In this document: piece after piece, positions 27,246-37,033 of the stretch
Numbering within the stretch: the stretch's first letter is position 1
How the letters are laid out: each line of letters begins with the position of its first letter
Source: Oscillospiraceae bacterium
GTDB lineage: Bacteria > Bacillota > Clostridia > Oscillospirales > Oscillospiraceae
Length of the DNA stretch: 63,948 bases
Direction of reading: 5' to 3'
Assembly: GCA_963627445.1 (NCBI GenBank)
Contig: CAVGBM010000107.1
Coordinates: 1 to 63,948, forward strand
Position numbers and translations under genes: made by a program
Notes under the pieces: model-generated
Told to the model about the DNA's origin: nothing
Seen by the model: the letters and a program-made list of their open reading frames with translations, nothing else
The model's database searches: none

Positions 27246-30080
27246 TCAAAGCAGTTTTTTAAGAAACTGACCCGTAAAGCTGTCTTTGCAGTCAGCGCAC
27301 TGCTCGGGCGTGCCGGTAAAAACGACCGATCCGCCGCCGCTGCCGCCCTCTGGACCGAGGTCGATGATATAGTCGCAGGATTTTATGATATCAAGATTAT
27401 GCTCGATTATAACAACGGTGTTGCCCGCGTCGGCAAGTCGGTTGATTATATAGATAAGCTTATGAACATCAGCCATGTGCAGACCTGTGGTTGGCTCGTC
27501 AAGGATATAGATAGTAGAGCCCGTGCTGCGCTTTAAAAGCTCTGTCGCGAGCTTCACACGCTGAGCCTCACCGCCGGAAAGGGTCGTGCTCGACTGGCCG
27601 AGCTTTATATAGCCAATGCCGACATCAAAAAGCGTATCGAGCTTGCTTCGTATCTTGGGGAGGTTTGCAAAAAAGTCTCTTGCCTCCTCCACGGTCATAT
27701 CAAGGACTTCATAGATGTTCTTGCCCTTGTATCTGACCTCAAGCGTTTCTCTGTTATAGCGTTTGCCCTTGCAGACATCGCAGGGTACATACACATCGGG
27801 CAAAAAGTGCATTTCTATCTTCTGCAGGCCGTCACCCTTGCACGCTTCACAGCGTCCGCCCTTGACATTGAAGGAAAATCTGCTCGACTGATAGCCGCGG
27901 AGCTTTGCGTCCTCCGTCGAGGCAAAAAGCTCACGGATATCGTTAAACAGTCCTGTGTATGTCGCAGGATTCGAACGCGGCGTTCTGCCTATAGGGCTCT
28001 GGTCGATGTTAATGACCTTGTCGATATCCTCAAGTCCCGTCACGCCTCCGCATTTGCCGGGCTTTGTTTTTGCGCGGTTTTTCTCAAGAGCAACGGTCTT
28101 ATAAAGTATCTCGTTTACAAGCGAGGACTTGCCGCTGCCGGATACGCCGGTCACGCAGGTGACAACGCCCTTGGGGAACGAAGCATCAATGCCCCGCAGG
28201 TTATTTTCTCTTGCGTCGTGGACTGTGATAAAGCCCTTGTTTGCAGGTCTGCGCTCTGTGGACACGGGTATGACCTTGCGGCCGCTGAGATACTGCCCCG
28301 TCACCGAGCGTTCGCAGGCGCATATCTCGTCGACTGTTCCTGCGCAAACGACCTCGCCGCCGTGAACGCCCGCAGCAGGGCCAATATCCACGACAAAGTC
28401 CGCTGCACGGATGGTGTCCTCGTCGTGCTCAACGACGATCAGCGTATTGCCGAGGTCACGCAGATCCTTTAGCGTTTTAAGAAGCTTCTCATTATCACGC
28501 TGGTGCAGGCCGATGCTCGGCTCATCGAGAATGTACAAAACGCCCATTAGCGACGAGCCTATCTGCGTTGCGAGCCTTATCCTCTGACTCTCGCCGCCGG
28601 AGAGCGTCACAGCGCCTCTTGAAAGCGTGAGGTATTGCAGACCGACATTTTTGAGGAATCCGAGCCTGACTTTGATCTCCTTAAGTATCTGAGCCGCAAT
28701 TATCTGCTGCTTTTCGGTCAAAACCAGGCCGTCAACAAAGTCTATCGCGTCGGTGATGGACATGTCGCTCATCTGTGCGATATTCTTGCCGCCGACAGTG
28801 ACTGCCAGCGCTTCCTTGCGAAGTCTCAAACCGCCGCAGGTCGGGCAGCTTATCTCGGACATGACCTCCTCGATATCGGCTCGCATCGCGGGGCTCTGCG
28901 TCTCGTGATAGCGGCGCTCGAGATTATTGCAAATGCCCTCAAAGGGCTTTGAATATTTACCCGAGAACGATCCGTTCTTGCTCTCCCTCTCGTACAAAAG
29001 ATCAAGCGGCTCACCCTTGGTGCCGTAAAAAAGTGCGTCCTTAGCCTCCTTGGGAAGCTTCTTAAAGGGCGTATCAAGCGTAAAGCCGTACTTTTTCGCA
29101 AGTGCGCTGTAGTACATCTTGGCAATAGAATCGTTACCGCCCGATGTCCAGCCGCTTGCCTGAACAGCGCCGCCTGCGAGACTCAGGCTTTCATCCGGCA
29201 CGATAAGCTCAGGGTCAACGAGAAGCTGCATGCCGAGGCCGTCGCAGGTCGGGCACGCACCGTAGGGAGTGTTGAACGAGAACATTCTCGGTGTAAGCTC
29301 CTCAATAGATATGCCGCAGTCCTCGCAGGCATAGTTCTGCGAAAAGAGTATCTCACGGTTTTCGTTTATCACATCGGCGATAACGAGGCCGTTTGCAAGC
29401 GAAGCCGCAGTCTCGACAGAGTCGGTGAGCCTGCGGGTTATATCGGGCTTGATCACTATTCTGTCAACGATTATCTCGATATTGTGCTTTTTGTTTTTCT
29501 CAAGCTTAATGGTCTCGGACAGATCATAAACGCTGCCGTCGACCCTAGCCCTTACATAGCCGGACTTTCTTGCGTCCTCGAAAACCTTTACATACTCGCC
29601 CTTTCTCGCTCTTACAACGGGTGCAAGTATCTGAAGCTTTGTGCCCTCGGGCAGGAGCATTAGCTGGTCGATTATCTGATCTATCGTCTGCTGCTTTATC
29701 TCCTTGCCGCACTTCGGGCAATGCGGCACGCCGATACGTGCCCACAAAAGACGCATATAGTCGTATATCTCCGTCACCGTGCCGACGGTCGAACGGGGAT
29801 TTCTCGAGCTTGTCTTTTGGTCGATGGATATCGCCGGTGACAGGCCCTGAATATTATCTAGGTCAGGCTTATCCATCTGGCCGAGAAACTGCCTTGCATA
29901 CGAGGAAAGGCTCTCGACATACCTTCTCTGCCCCTCGGCATAAATGGTGTCAAAGGCAAGGCTCGATTTGCCGCTGCCGGATACACCGGTCATGACAATA
30001 AGCTTATCTCTTGGTATCTCGATATCGATATTTTTAAGGTTATTGGCTCTTGCGCCCTTAATTACAATGCTGTTTTCCAT
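27246..30080 (-). CDS. uvrA: excinuclease ABC subunit A
   Basis: 944 aa with duplicated ABC ATPase modules ([14 protein letters not shown] and [13 protein letters not shown]) and zinc-finger Cys clusters. Confidence 0.97.
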   Translation of the reverse strand: MENSIVIKGARANNLKNIDIEIPRDKLIVMTGVSGSGKSSLAFDTIYAEGQRRYVESLSSYARQFLGQMDKPDLDNIQGLSPAISIDQKTSSRNPRSTVGTVTEIYDYMRLLWARIGVPHCPKCGKEIKQQTIDQIIDQLMLLPEGTKLQILAPVVRARKGEYVKVFEDARKSGYVRARVDGSVYDLSETIKLEKNKKHNIEIIVDRIVIKPDITRRLTDSVETAASLANGLVIADVINENREILFSQNYACEDCGISIEELTPRMFSFNTPYGACPTCDGLGMQLLVDPELIVPDESLSLAGGAVQASGWTSGGNDSIAKMYYSALAKKYGFTLDTPFKKLPKEAKDALFYGTKGEPLDLLYERESKNGSFSGKYSKPFEGICNNLERRYHETQSPAMRADIEEVMSEISCPTCGGLRLRKEALAVTVGGKNIAQMSDMSITDAIDFVDGLVLTEKQQIIAAQILKEIKVRLGFLKNVGLQYLTLSRGAVTLSGGESQRIRLATQIGSSLMGVLYILDEPSIGLHQRDNEKLLKTLKDLRDLGNTLIVVEHDEDTIRAADFVVDIGPAAGVHGGEVVCAGTVDEICACERSVTGQYLSGRKVIPVSTERRPANKGFITVHDARENNLRGIDASFPKGVVTCVTGVSGSGKSSLVNEILYKTVALEKNRAKTKPGKCGGVTGLEDIDKVINIDQSPIGRTPRSNPATYTGLFNDIRELFASTEDAKLRGYQSSRFSFNVKGGRCEACKGDGLQKIEMHFLPDVYVPCDVCKGKRYNRETLEVRYKGKNIYEVLDMTVEEARDFFANLPKIRSKLDTLFDVGIGYIKLGQSSTTLSGGEAQRVKLATELLKRSTGSTIYILDEPTTGLHMADVHKLIYIINRLADAGNTVVIIEHNLDIIKSCDYIIDLGPEGGSGGGSVVFTGTPEQCADCKDSFTGQFLKKLL

Positions 30081-30085
30081 TTAGT

Positions 30086-30559
30086 TTACACCAATTCCGC
30101 GTAGCTTCCACGAGTGAGCTTTACCAGCTCATCCGGCGCAAGCTCGACCTGATAGCCGATCTTACCTGCGCTGACCATAATGGTCGGTTTATCTGCTGCG
30201 CTTATATTATAAAATATCTTATACTGCTTTCTCATCCCGACCGGCGAGCAGCCACCCCTGACATACCCCGTCAGCGCATTTATCTCGCTGACATGAATCA
30301 TTGCAATGGACTTCTCTCCGCTGGCCTTTGCCGCCTTTTTAAGATCGAGCTCACCCGTGACGGGAATGACGAACACATATATCGTCTTGCTTGCGCCCCT
30401 TGCAACAAGCGTTTTGAACACCTGCTCGGGATCCTGTCCGCAAATTCGTGCAACAGTCTGCCCGTCAACAGCCTCATCACCGTGCGGGTACTCGTGCGGC
30501 GTGTAGCTTATCTTTTTCTGATCAAGCAAACGCATGACATTTGTCTTTTGCTCTTTCAT
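30086..30559 (-). CDS. ybaK: Cys-tRNA(Pro)/Cys-tRNA(Cys) deacylase YbaK
   Basis: 157 aa, YbaK/EbsC editing-domain pattern (NVMRLLDQKKISY...TGYVRGGCSPVGM). Confidence 0.85.
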   Translation of the reverse strand: MKEQKTNVMRLLDQKKISYTPHEYPHGDEAVDGQTVARICGQDPEQVFKTLVARGASKTIYVFVIPVTGELDLKKAAKASGEKSIAMIHVSEINALTGYVRGGCSPVGMRKQYKIFYNISAADKPTIMVSAGKIGYQVELAPDELVKLTRGSYAELV

Positions 30560-30585
30560 CTCGTCACCTCTTTCTTAACCAAAGT

Positions 30586-30614
30586 ATTATATCCTTTTTT
30601 CTCTTTTCTTTCAA
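30586..30614 (-). promoter_or_regulatory. sigma-A promoter for ybaK (TTGAAA-17-TATAAT)
   Basis: On the minus strand, TTGAAA is at 30614..30609, the spacer is exactly 17 nt, and TATAAT is at 30591..30586. Confidence 0.65.
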
Positions 30615-30618
30615 CAGA

Positions 30619-30660
30619 AAAAATGAGGGTCTCCGCCTTAAGCGAAGACCCGTGTTTTTT
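30619..30660 (-). terminator. terminator after TetR gene
   Basis: GGGTCTCCGC-CTTAA-GCGAAGACCC hairpin (one G-U pair) with T-runs on both strands. Confidence 0.7.
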
Positions 30661-30667
30661 CTGTTAT

Positions 30668-31225
30668 TCAGCTTTTCTGAAACCTCGACAGCATGCTCTC
30701 GATGCTGCCGTCAAGCACCTTGATGAACTTCTCCTCGGTTATCTCGGGAGGCAGCTCCATGTTCCTGTCGAGCCACTGCGAGATAAGGCCGACAACGCCG
30801 TTTGCGTAAAGCTCGCAGACGAACTCAAGATCGGACCACTCGATGTTCTTGCCCTCTGCAACGATGACAGCAAAGCTGTGGATGCAGTAGTGCAGTCTAC
30901 GCTTAAAGTAGCGCAGGAAATACGAGCGGTTGTTGGAGTTGTAAATGTTCAGGACAAAGAGCTTATTGTCGTGGAGATAATGGAAGAATGTAAGAACATT
31001 CTCACGCCAATTCTCATACAGCACCTCCTGCGGCAAGGTCCTGTTCGCGTCCTCCTCAAATACCCACTCAAGAAGGTCATAAACATCATCAAAATGATAA
31101 TAGAAGGTCTGGCGGTTGACACCGCATTCTTCAACAAGGTCCTTTACGGTTATCTTATCGATAGGTTTGATGGTAAGCATCTTTTTGAGTGCATTACCTA
31201 GGGATTCTTTCGTCGAAGTAGCCAT
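30668..31225 (-). CDS. TetR/AcrR-family transcriptional regulator (DhaS-like)
   Basis: N-terminal HTH ITVKDLVEECGVNRQTFYYHF and a helical C-domain. Confidence 0.85.
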   Translation of the reverse strand: MATSTKESLGNALKKMLTIKPIDKITVKDLVEECGVNRQTFYYHFDDVYDLLEWVFEEDANRTLPQEVLYENWRENVLTFFHYLHDNKLFVLNIYNSNNRSYFLRYFKRRLHYCIHSFAVIVAEGKNIEWSDLEFVCELYANGVVGLISQWLDRNMELPPEITEEKFIKVLDGSIESMLSRFQKS

Positions 31226-31353
31226 AATTGTCCTCCCAACACAATTTTATATTCTCTTTATACCACATGTTTAGAAAAAATGATAGTTATTTATTTAATT
31301 TTTCCCGTAAATATGATAAAATATATCAAATCTTTCTAAACAAAGGGCTTAAA

Positions 31354-32277
31354 ATGTACAAAAATGCTAATTTAACAGGGCGTTTTGCACCTAGTCCGAG
31401 CGGTGTTATGCATTTGGGAAACCTGTCGTCATACCTGCTTGCATGGCTCGATGCGCGCTCACAGGGTGGAAAAATTATATTAAGGATAGAAGATCTTGAC
31501 CCTGACAGATGCTCAAAAGACTACGCCATGCAGCTTGCCGATGACCTGCTTTTTCTCAGTCTTGACTGGGACAACGAGCTTATATCTGATTATTATCAAA
31601 GCAGCCGCACGGCACTTTATGAGGATATATTCGGACAGCTTTTAAAACGTGGCATGCTTTACCACTGCTATTGCAGCCGCAGCCAGCGCTTGGCCGCTTC
31701 TGCCCCGCACCCAGGCGAATGCACGCATGACACAGGCTGCAGGTGCAGGCACCTGAGCAGTTCCGAGCGGCTGGAGCTTGAAAAGCAAGGCAAACGGCCT
31801 GCGTGGAAAATTCATGTGCCGGAAAAGGAGATAGCTTTTACTGACGGGCATTACGGTGTCATAATGCAAAACCTTGCCGATGATGGTGATTTTATAATCA
31901 GGCGGTCGGACGGTGTTTTTGCGTATCAGCTGGCCGTGTCCTTTGACGACATGGATATGGGCGTTGACCGAGTAGTCCGCGGCCGAGATCTGTTGAGCTC
32001 AACGGCAAGGCAGATATGGCTCATAAGCGAGCTTGGCGGCACGCCGCCGGAATATTGTCACACTCCCCTGCTGTTGTCCAAAGACGGCAGAAAGCTTTCA
32101 AAGCGTGATGGTGACTTGAATATGCTCAGTTTACGGCAAAAACACTCGGCGGAAGAAATTCTCGGATATCTTGCTGCTCGATTGGGTTTGGGTGACGGAA
32201 CGCCCATCAGCGCGCAGGAGCTTTTGCAAACTTTTGATTGGTCGAATGTCCCGAAAAACGATATAATTATAAAATGA
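31354..32277 (+). CDS. gluQ: tRNA glutamyl-Q(34) synthetase (GluRS catalytic-domain paralogue)
   Basis: ORF 31228..32277 trimmed to ATG 31354. Class-I motifs: GRFAPSPSGVMHLGN (HIGH-like) and KLSKR (KMSKS-like). About 307 aa with no anticodon-binding domain, as in GluQRS. Confidence 0.8.
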   Translation: MYKNANLTGRFAPSPSGVMHLGNLSSYLLAWLDARSQGGKIILRIEDLDPDRCSKDYAMQLADDLLFLSLDWDNELISDYYQSSRTALYEDIFGQLLKRGMLYHCYCSRSQRLAASAPHPGECTHDTGCRCRHLSSSERLELEKQGKRPAWKIHVPEKEIAFTDGHYGVIMQNLADDGDFIIRRSDGVFAYQLAVSFDDMDMGVDRVVRGRDLLSSTARQIWLISELGGTPPEYCHTPLLLSKDGRKLSKRDGDLNMLSLRQKHSAEEILGYLAARLGLGDGTPISAQELLQTFDWSNVPKNDIIIK

Positions 32278-32305
32278 AGCCCGCTTAATTGCAGGCTTCA
32301 TTTTT
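32271..32305. terminator. bidirectional terminator between convergent gluQ and HAD genes
   Basis: TGAAGCC...GGCTTCA stem followed by TTTTT, with an A-run upstream. Confidence 0.65.
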
Positions 32306-33101
32306 ACATATTGGCTTTTAAAATATCCGCAATGTCAACAACGCTGTTGAGGACATAATCGGGCTTGCGTTCGGCTTTTTCAATGTCCTCAAGCGTGCTC
32401 TCGCCGGAAAGGACGCACACGGACACAGCGCCCGCATTCTGCGCAACGGCGATGTCGGTATACAGTCTGTCGCCAACGCAGCAGATCTGCTCATTGGGAA
32501 CACCAGTTTTCGCAGATATTATGTCAACCATGTTGCGGTTCGGTTTTCCGATATACTCGGGTTTTACGCCGCTGGCCGCCGTGAGCAGGGCGCATATACT
32601 GCCGCAGTCGGGCAAAACCTCGTTTGCGGGCATCGGGCAGACCCAGTCTGGGTTTGCGGCAACAAATGCCGCACCACGACGCAGGTAATGCACCGCTTTG
32701 TCGAGCTTTTCATAAGTAAGCTCGGTGTCAAAGCCGACGCAGACGACCTTCACATCGTCCTCGCCGAGCTTCACGCCGTAGCTTTCAAGCTCTCCCATGA
32801 ACGCTTTCGTTCCGACAGGATAAACAGTGCAGACCGGGAACCTTGAGTTTAGATACATGGCTGTCGCCATGCCGGATGTGAAAACATTCTCCATCTCGCA
32901 AGGGAAGCCGAGCTTGCGCAGCCTTGTGACATAGTCTATACCGGCTCTTGACGAGTTATTCGTAAGGTAAATGTACTGTCTGCCGCTTGCCTTTATTGTG
33001 TTAATATAATCGATCGCACCGTCAAACACCTCGTCGCCGAGGTAAAGGGTACCGTCCATGTCCAGCAAAAAAAGTTTGGTGTTTAAAAGCTTATCCATCA
33101 C
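32304..33101 (-). CDS. HAD-IIA family sugar-phosphatase (NagD-like)
   Basis: Motif I LLDMDGTLY, motif II LTNNS and motif IV GDRLYTDI. Confidence 0.85.
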   Translation of the reverse strand: MMDKLLNTKLFLLDMDGTLYLGDEVFDGAIDYINTIKASGRQYIYLTNNSSRAGIDYVTRLRKLGFPCEMENVFTSGMATAMYLNSRFPVCTVYPVGTKAFMGELESYGVKLGEDDVKVVCVGFDTELTYEKLDKAVHYLRRGAAFVAANPDWVCPMPANEVLPDCGSICALLTAASGVKPEYIGKPNRNMVDIISAKTGVPNEQICCVGDRLYTDIAVAQNAGAVSVCVLSGESTLEDIEKAERKPDYVLNSVVDIADILKANM

Positions 33102-33222
33102 AGATCTCCTATAGTCCGAATGTGGCTATTATATAGTCTTTTTTTCCGAAAATCAACAGATATCTATGCAAAGGCAAAGTTGTGTGATATTATTTACCTA
33201 TCAATTATTATGGAGAACGACT

Positions 33223-35538
33223 ATGACTATTCCGTTTAACAACGATTGGCTGTTCACTTGCGACTATGACGCGGGCTTCGATAACGCCGAGAGCGTCCGA
33301 CTGCCGCACACCGTGCGGGAGATACCGTACAATTACATTGACTGCAAGGATTATCAGATGCTTTGCGGCTATAAAAAGAGCTTCTTTGCCCCTAACGAGT
33401 GGCAGGGCAAGCGCATCCTTTTGCGCTTTGACGGCGCTGCGCACGATGCAACCGTCTACTGCAACGGCAAAGAGGCTGCACACCACGCCTGCGGCTACAC
33501 TGCTTTTACCGCTGACCTGACGGAGTTTGTATGCTTTGGTCAGGATAATGTCGTCACGGTCAGGCTCGATACGAGAGAAACCCTTAATGTCCCGCCCTTT
33601 GGCTTCGTGATTGACTATCTATGCTACGGCGGTCTGTACCGTGAGGTCGAGCTCGAGGTGCGAAGCAGCACATATATAAAGGATGTCCGCATTGAAAACA
33701 CAGGATTGCGCGATATCTCTGTCAACATCGACACCTCCGAGCCTCCAAAATGCGGCAAGCTGGTGACCGATATCCTCGATGCCGACGGCAAAGTTGCAGC
33801 CTCAGCAAATGGAGCTAAGTTTAAGCTCGCTGTATCGGACGGCAAGCTGTGGTCGCCGGAAATGCCGTATCTTTACACCTTGAGGTCAAGGATAGTCGAC
33901 GGTGACGCGCTTCTTGATGAAAAAAGCTATCGTTTCGGACTTAGGACTGCGAAATTTGAAAACGACGGCTTTTATCTAAACGGTGAGAAAATGAAGCTTC
34001 GCGGCCTTAACAGGCACCAGAGCTTTGCTTATGTGGGCTATGCAATGCCGAAGTCCATGCAAATGCTCGATGCGGACATCCTCAAGCATGAGCTTGGGGT
34101 CAACGCCGTGCGCACCTCGCACTACCCGCAGTCGCAGCACTTTTTAGACAGGTGCGATGAGCTCGGCCTGCTCGTGTTTACCGAGATACCCGGCTGGCAG
34201 CACATCGGCAATGACACCTGGAAGGATCAGGCCGTCGAGAACACCCGTGAGATGGTCATGCAATATATGCACCATCCATCAATAATCCTTTGGGGTGTCA
34301 GGATAAATGAGTCGCAGGATGACGACGAGCTTTACAAAAGGACAAATGCTGTCGCCCACAAGCTGGACCGCTCAAGGCAGACCAGCGGTGTCAGATTCAT
34401 CGAAAAGAGCAGCCTGCTTGAGGATGTTTACGCATTCAACGACTTTTCGCACAGCGGCGATAACGCCGGTCTGAAGGCCAAAAAGAGCGTCACATCTAAT
34501 AAGCGCCGCCCGTATCTCGTCTCCGAGTGCAACGGGCACATGTTCCCCACCAAGCCCTTTGATGACGAACGGCATCGTCTGAGCCACGCTCTGCGCCATA
34601 CAAAGGTGCTTGACGCAATGTACGCAGCCGACGATATTTGCGGCATTTTCCCGTGGTGTATGTTCGACTACAACACCCACAAGGATTTCGGCAGCGGTGA
34701 CGGCATCTGCTATCACGGCGTAATGGACATGTTCAGAAACCCAAAGCTCGCAGCTGCTGTATATGCAAGCCAGTCCGAGGAAGCGCCCTGTTGCGTCGTG
34801 TCCTCGTCCATGGACATAGGTGAGCACCCCGCCGGTGATATCGGCAGCGTCTATGTGTTCACCAATGCTGACAGCGTGAGGCTATACAAAAACGGCTTGC
34901 TCGTAAAGGAGTTTTACCCCGACAGCGAGAGCTACCCCGCACTTCCCCACCCGCCTGTCATCATTGACGATTTCATCGGTGACCTGCTCGAAACACAGGA
35001 GGGGTTTGACGCAAAGACCGCAGAAAGCCTCAAGGATTGTCTCGGTGCAGTCGCAAAGTACGGCACAAGTGCCCTGCCGCCGAAGTATCTGCTGAAGCTC
35101 GGAAAGCTTATGCTGCTCAAGGGGCTGAAATTTTCCGACGGCGTTGAGCTCTACGGCAAATATATCAGCAACTGGGGCGGCGAGGCGACCGAATGGCGCT
35201 TTGATGCAGTGAAAGACGGCGAGGTCGTAAAATCGGTCATCAAAAAGCCCGGGCAGAAAGCGCATCTTGAGTTCGAGGTCAGCCATACCGAGCTCACCGA
35301 GGGCGACACCTACGATGTCGCCGCCGTCAGGATATACGCAAGAGATGAGTTTGGAAACCCCGCCGTGTACTATCAGGAGCCCGTCATTTTAAGCTGCACC
35401 GATGATCTTGAAATCATCGGCCCGCATGTCATCTCCCTCAAAGGCGGCTGCGGCGGCACATATGTTAAAACGACCGGCTCTGCCGGACGCGCCGAGCTGA
35501 TGATAAACAATATTAAAATCGAGTTTAATATAAAATAA
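33223..35538 (+). CDS. glycoside hydrolase family 2 (beta-galactosidase/beta-glucuronidase-like)
   Basis: ORF 33166..35538 trimmed to ATG 33223 (GGAGAA RBS). Carries a GH2 sugar-binding N-domain and a TIM-barrel region (NAVRTSHYPQS ... WGVRINES ... VSECNGH). Confidence 0.85.
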   Translation: MTIPFNNDWLFTCDYDAGFDNAESVRLPHTVREIPYNYIDCKDYQMLCGYKKSFFAPNEWQGKRILLRFDGAAHDATVYCNGKEAAHHACGYTAFTADLTEFVCFGQDNVVTVRLDTRETLNVPPFGFVIDYLCYGGLYREVELEVRSSTYIKDVRIENTGLRDISVNIDTSEPPKCGKLVTDILDADGKVAASANGAKFKLAVSDGKLWSPEMPYLYTLRSRIVDGDALLDEKSYRFGLRTAKFENDGFYLNGEKMKLRGLNRHQSFAYVGYAMPKSMQMLDADILKHELGVNAVRTSHYPQSQHFLDRCDELGLLVFTEIPGWQHIGNDTWKDQAVENTREMVMQYMHHPSIILWGVRINESQDDDELYKRTNAVAHKLDRSRQTSGVRFIEKSSLLEDVYAFNDFSHSGDNAGLKAKKSVTSNKRRPYLVSECNGHMFPTKPFDDERHRLSHALRHTKVLDAMYAADDICGIFPWCMFDYNTHKDFGSGDGICYHGVMDMFRNPKLAAAVYASQSEEAPCCVVSSSMDIGEHPAGDIGSVYVFTNADSVRLYKNGLLVKEFYPDSESYPALPHPPVIIDDFIGDLLETQEGFDAKTAESLKDCLGAVAKYGTSALPPKYLLKLGKLMLLKGLKFSDGVELYGKYISNWGGEATEWRFDAVKDGEVVKSVIKKPGQKAHLEFEVSHTELTEGDTYDVAAVRIYARDEFGNPAVYYQEPVILSCTDDLEIIGPHVISLKGGCGGTYVKTTGSAGRAELMINNIKIEFNIK

Positions 35539-35541
35539 CGC

Positions 35542-35584
35542 TTGACTAGAAAACGACCGTTTACTATAATGTAAACGGTCGTTT
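35542..35584 (+). promoter_or_regulatory. consensus sigma-A promoter (TTGACT-17-TATAAT) embedded in a perfect 14-bp-arm palindrome (probable TetR operator)
   Basis: TTGACT at 35542..35547 and TATAAT at 35565..35570. AAACGACCGTTTAC (35551..35564) and GTAAACGGTCGTTT (35571..35584) are exact reverse complements flanking the -10 box. Confidence 0.75.
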
Positions 35585-35602
35585 ACCATTGGAGGTGTAT
35601 TG

Positions 35603-36193
35603 ATGACTGACACAAAGGAAAAAATTTTGATGACTGCGCTGCATCTGTTTGCCAGAGACGGCTATGAGGCCGTTTCGGTCAGCACCATTTCCGGCGAGCT
35701 GGGCATGACAAAGGGTGCGCTGTATAAGCATTACAAGAACAAAAGGGACATTTTCGACTGCATTGTCGAGCGAATGTATGAGATAGACGCCGAGCGCTTG
35801 AAGCAGTATCAAGTACCTGAGGGGCAGGAGTGCGAGCAATCCGTTTCGTGGGACAGCGTCAGGCAATTTACCGTTTCGCAGTTCATTTTCTGGACGCAGG
35901 ATGATTTTGCCTGCAGCTTCCGCAAGATGCTCTCATTAGAACAATACCGTAACGAGGAAATGGCGCAGCTATACCATAACTGCATCGTGACAGGCCCCGT
36001 TGATTATATGGATGGCATTTTTGCAAAAATGATATCCGACGGGATGCTTAAAAACGCCGACCCCAAGCTTCTCGCCCTCGAATACTACGCACCGATGTTC
36101 CTCCTCATAAGCAGCTCAGATCATTTGGACAAAGAGCAAAGCCTTGCCTTGCTCAAAGAACACATCAACAATTTTATTAGCGAACACACATGA
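35603..36193 (+). CDS. TetR/AcrR-family transcriptional regulator
   Basis: HTH ILMTALHLFARDGYEAVSVSTISGELGMTKGALYKHY. GGAGG RBS lies 7 nt before ATG 35603 (an in-frame TTG at 35600 is also possible). Confidence 0.88.
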   Translation: MTDTKEKILMTALHLFARDGYEAVSVSTISGELGMTKGALYKHYKNKRDIFDCIVERMYEIDAERLKQYQVPEGQECEQSVSWDSVRQFTVSQFIFWTQDDFACSFRKMLSLEQYRNEEMAQLYHNCIVTGPVDYMDGIFAKMISDGMLKNADPKLLALEYYAPMFLLISSSDHLDKEQSLALLKEHINNFISEHT

Positions 36194-36438
36194 AAGGAAT
36201 TACAATGAAATATATAAAAAGCGAAAAATACTGCACTCCCGAGCTTATGAAAATGATAATGGGGCCGAACCCCATAAAGCTTGAGGAGGAGCTATTGCTG
36301 GAGCATAAGATACCCGAAAACGCCGTCGTCTGTGACCTCGGCAGCGGTCAGGGACTTACAAGTGTTTTTCTTGCGAAGGAATACGGCTTCACAGTTTACG
36401 CCGCCGATCTTTGGAGTGACCCTGCCGAGAACAGGATC
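36190..36438 (+). pseudogene. class I SAM-dependent methyltransferase, 5' fragment only (truncated by IS remnant)
   Basis: ATGA-coupled to the TetR stop. SAM-binding motif I VCDLGSGQGLTSVFLAKE is present, but the reading frame runs into IS3-derived sequence at about 36437 and stops after 89 codons. Confidence 0.75.
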
Positions 36439-36628
36439 TGTACAGCATTATGTGGTTGATGCCCATGCGCTCTGCTACGCTTTTCACCTTAAGCCCGTCC
36501 TTGAGCACCAATTCGCAGGCTTGCACCTTGAATTCTTTCGTGTAATTGCGTTTCTCTTTCATACAGTCCACCTCTTGATTTTATTATATCATTTTTTCAC
36601 TCTTCGGACTGTCCACTTTTACTGTACA
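36437..36628 (-). mobile_element. IS3-family insertion-sequence remnant (left end plus first ~41 codons of orfA)
   Basis: The minus strand reads TGTACAGTAAAAGTGGACAG... (terminal repeat at 36628), an AGAGGTGG RBS, then MKEKRNYTKEFKVQACELVLKDGLKVKSVAERMGINHIMLYR, the IS3 OrfA HTH. The match ends abruptly after LYR. Confidence 0.75.
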
Positions 36629-36719
36629 ACTTTCCACTTTCTCACTATTCACCATTACTTTTTACATTCCAAAAATCGAGATTTTTTAGTGAAGAGTGAA
36701 TAATTAATAGAGAATAAGT

Positions 36720-36756
36720 AAAAATCGGCAAGCATCTTTCGATACTTGCCGATTTT
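36720..36756 (-). terminator. rho-independent terminator directly 3' of tRNA-Thr
   Basis: 12-bp stem AAAATCGGCAAG/CTTGCCGATTTT. On the minus strand the stem ends in TTTTT. Confidence 0.8.
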
Positions 36757-36832
36757 TGGAGCTGGTGGGGTGACTCGAACACCTGACCTGCTGATTACGA
36801 ATCAGCTGCTCTACCGACTGAGCTACACCAGC
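36757..36832 (-). tRNA. tRNA-Thr (anticodon CGU), CCA encoded
   Basis: Hand-folded 76 nt. Acceptor GCTGGTG/CACCAGC, D arm GCTC..GAGC, anticodon stem GCTGA/TCAGC with loop TTCGTAA, T loop TTCGAGT, and 3' TCCA. Confidence 0.9.
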
Positions 36833-36848
36833 AAACCACAGCTTTGAT

Positions 36849-36877
36849 ATTTTAGCATAATGTGCAAGCAAAGTCAA
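36849..36877 (-). promoter_or_regulatory. sigma-A promoter for tRNA-Thr (TTGACT-17-TGcTAAAAT)
   Basis: Minus strand has TTGACT at 36877..36872, a 17-nt spacer ending in TGC (extended -10), and TAAAAT at 36854..36849. It lies about 17 nt upstream of the mature tRNA 5' end. Confidence 0.75.
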
Positions 36878-37033
36878 TCGAAATTATAATTACAATATGT
36901 ATTATTTGCTGTAACTTAATTGCAAACTATGAACAGTTCAAAAATTAAAGGCATTGATATTCAAGGCTTTTTCGAGCGAAAAAGGTTGCAAATTGGTTAC
37001 CATAACATATCGCAAAAATTATTATTCATATAG

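Noticed and set aside
35551-35584. The 34-nt perfect hairpin as the terminator of the GH2 gene.
   Set aside because: No U-tract follows it, and it precisely brackets the -10 box of a consensus promoter. An operator is the more economical reading, although an RNA-level role is not excluded.
36281-36703. 140-aa plus-strand ORF across the methyltransferase fragment and IS remnant.
   Set aside because: It reads through the junction of two unrelated sequences. It is antisense to the IS OrfA and runs out of frame over the methyltransferase. It is rich in His, Phe and Leu and has no RBS.
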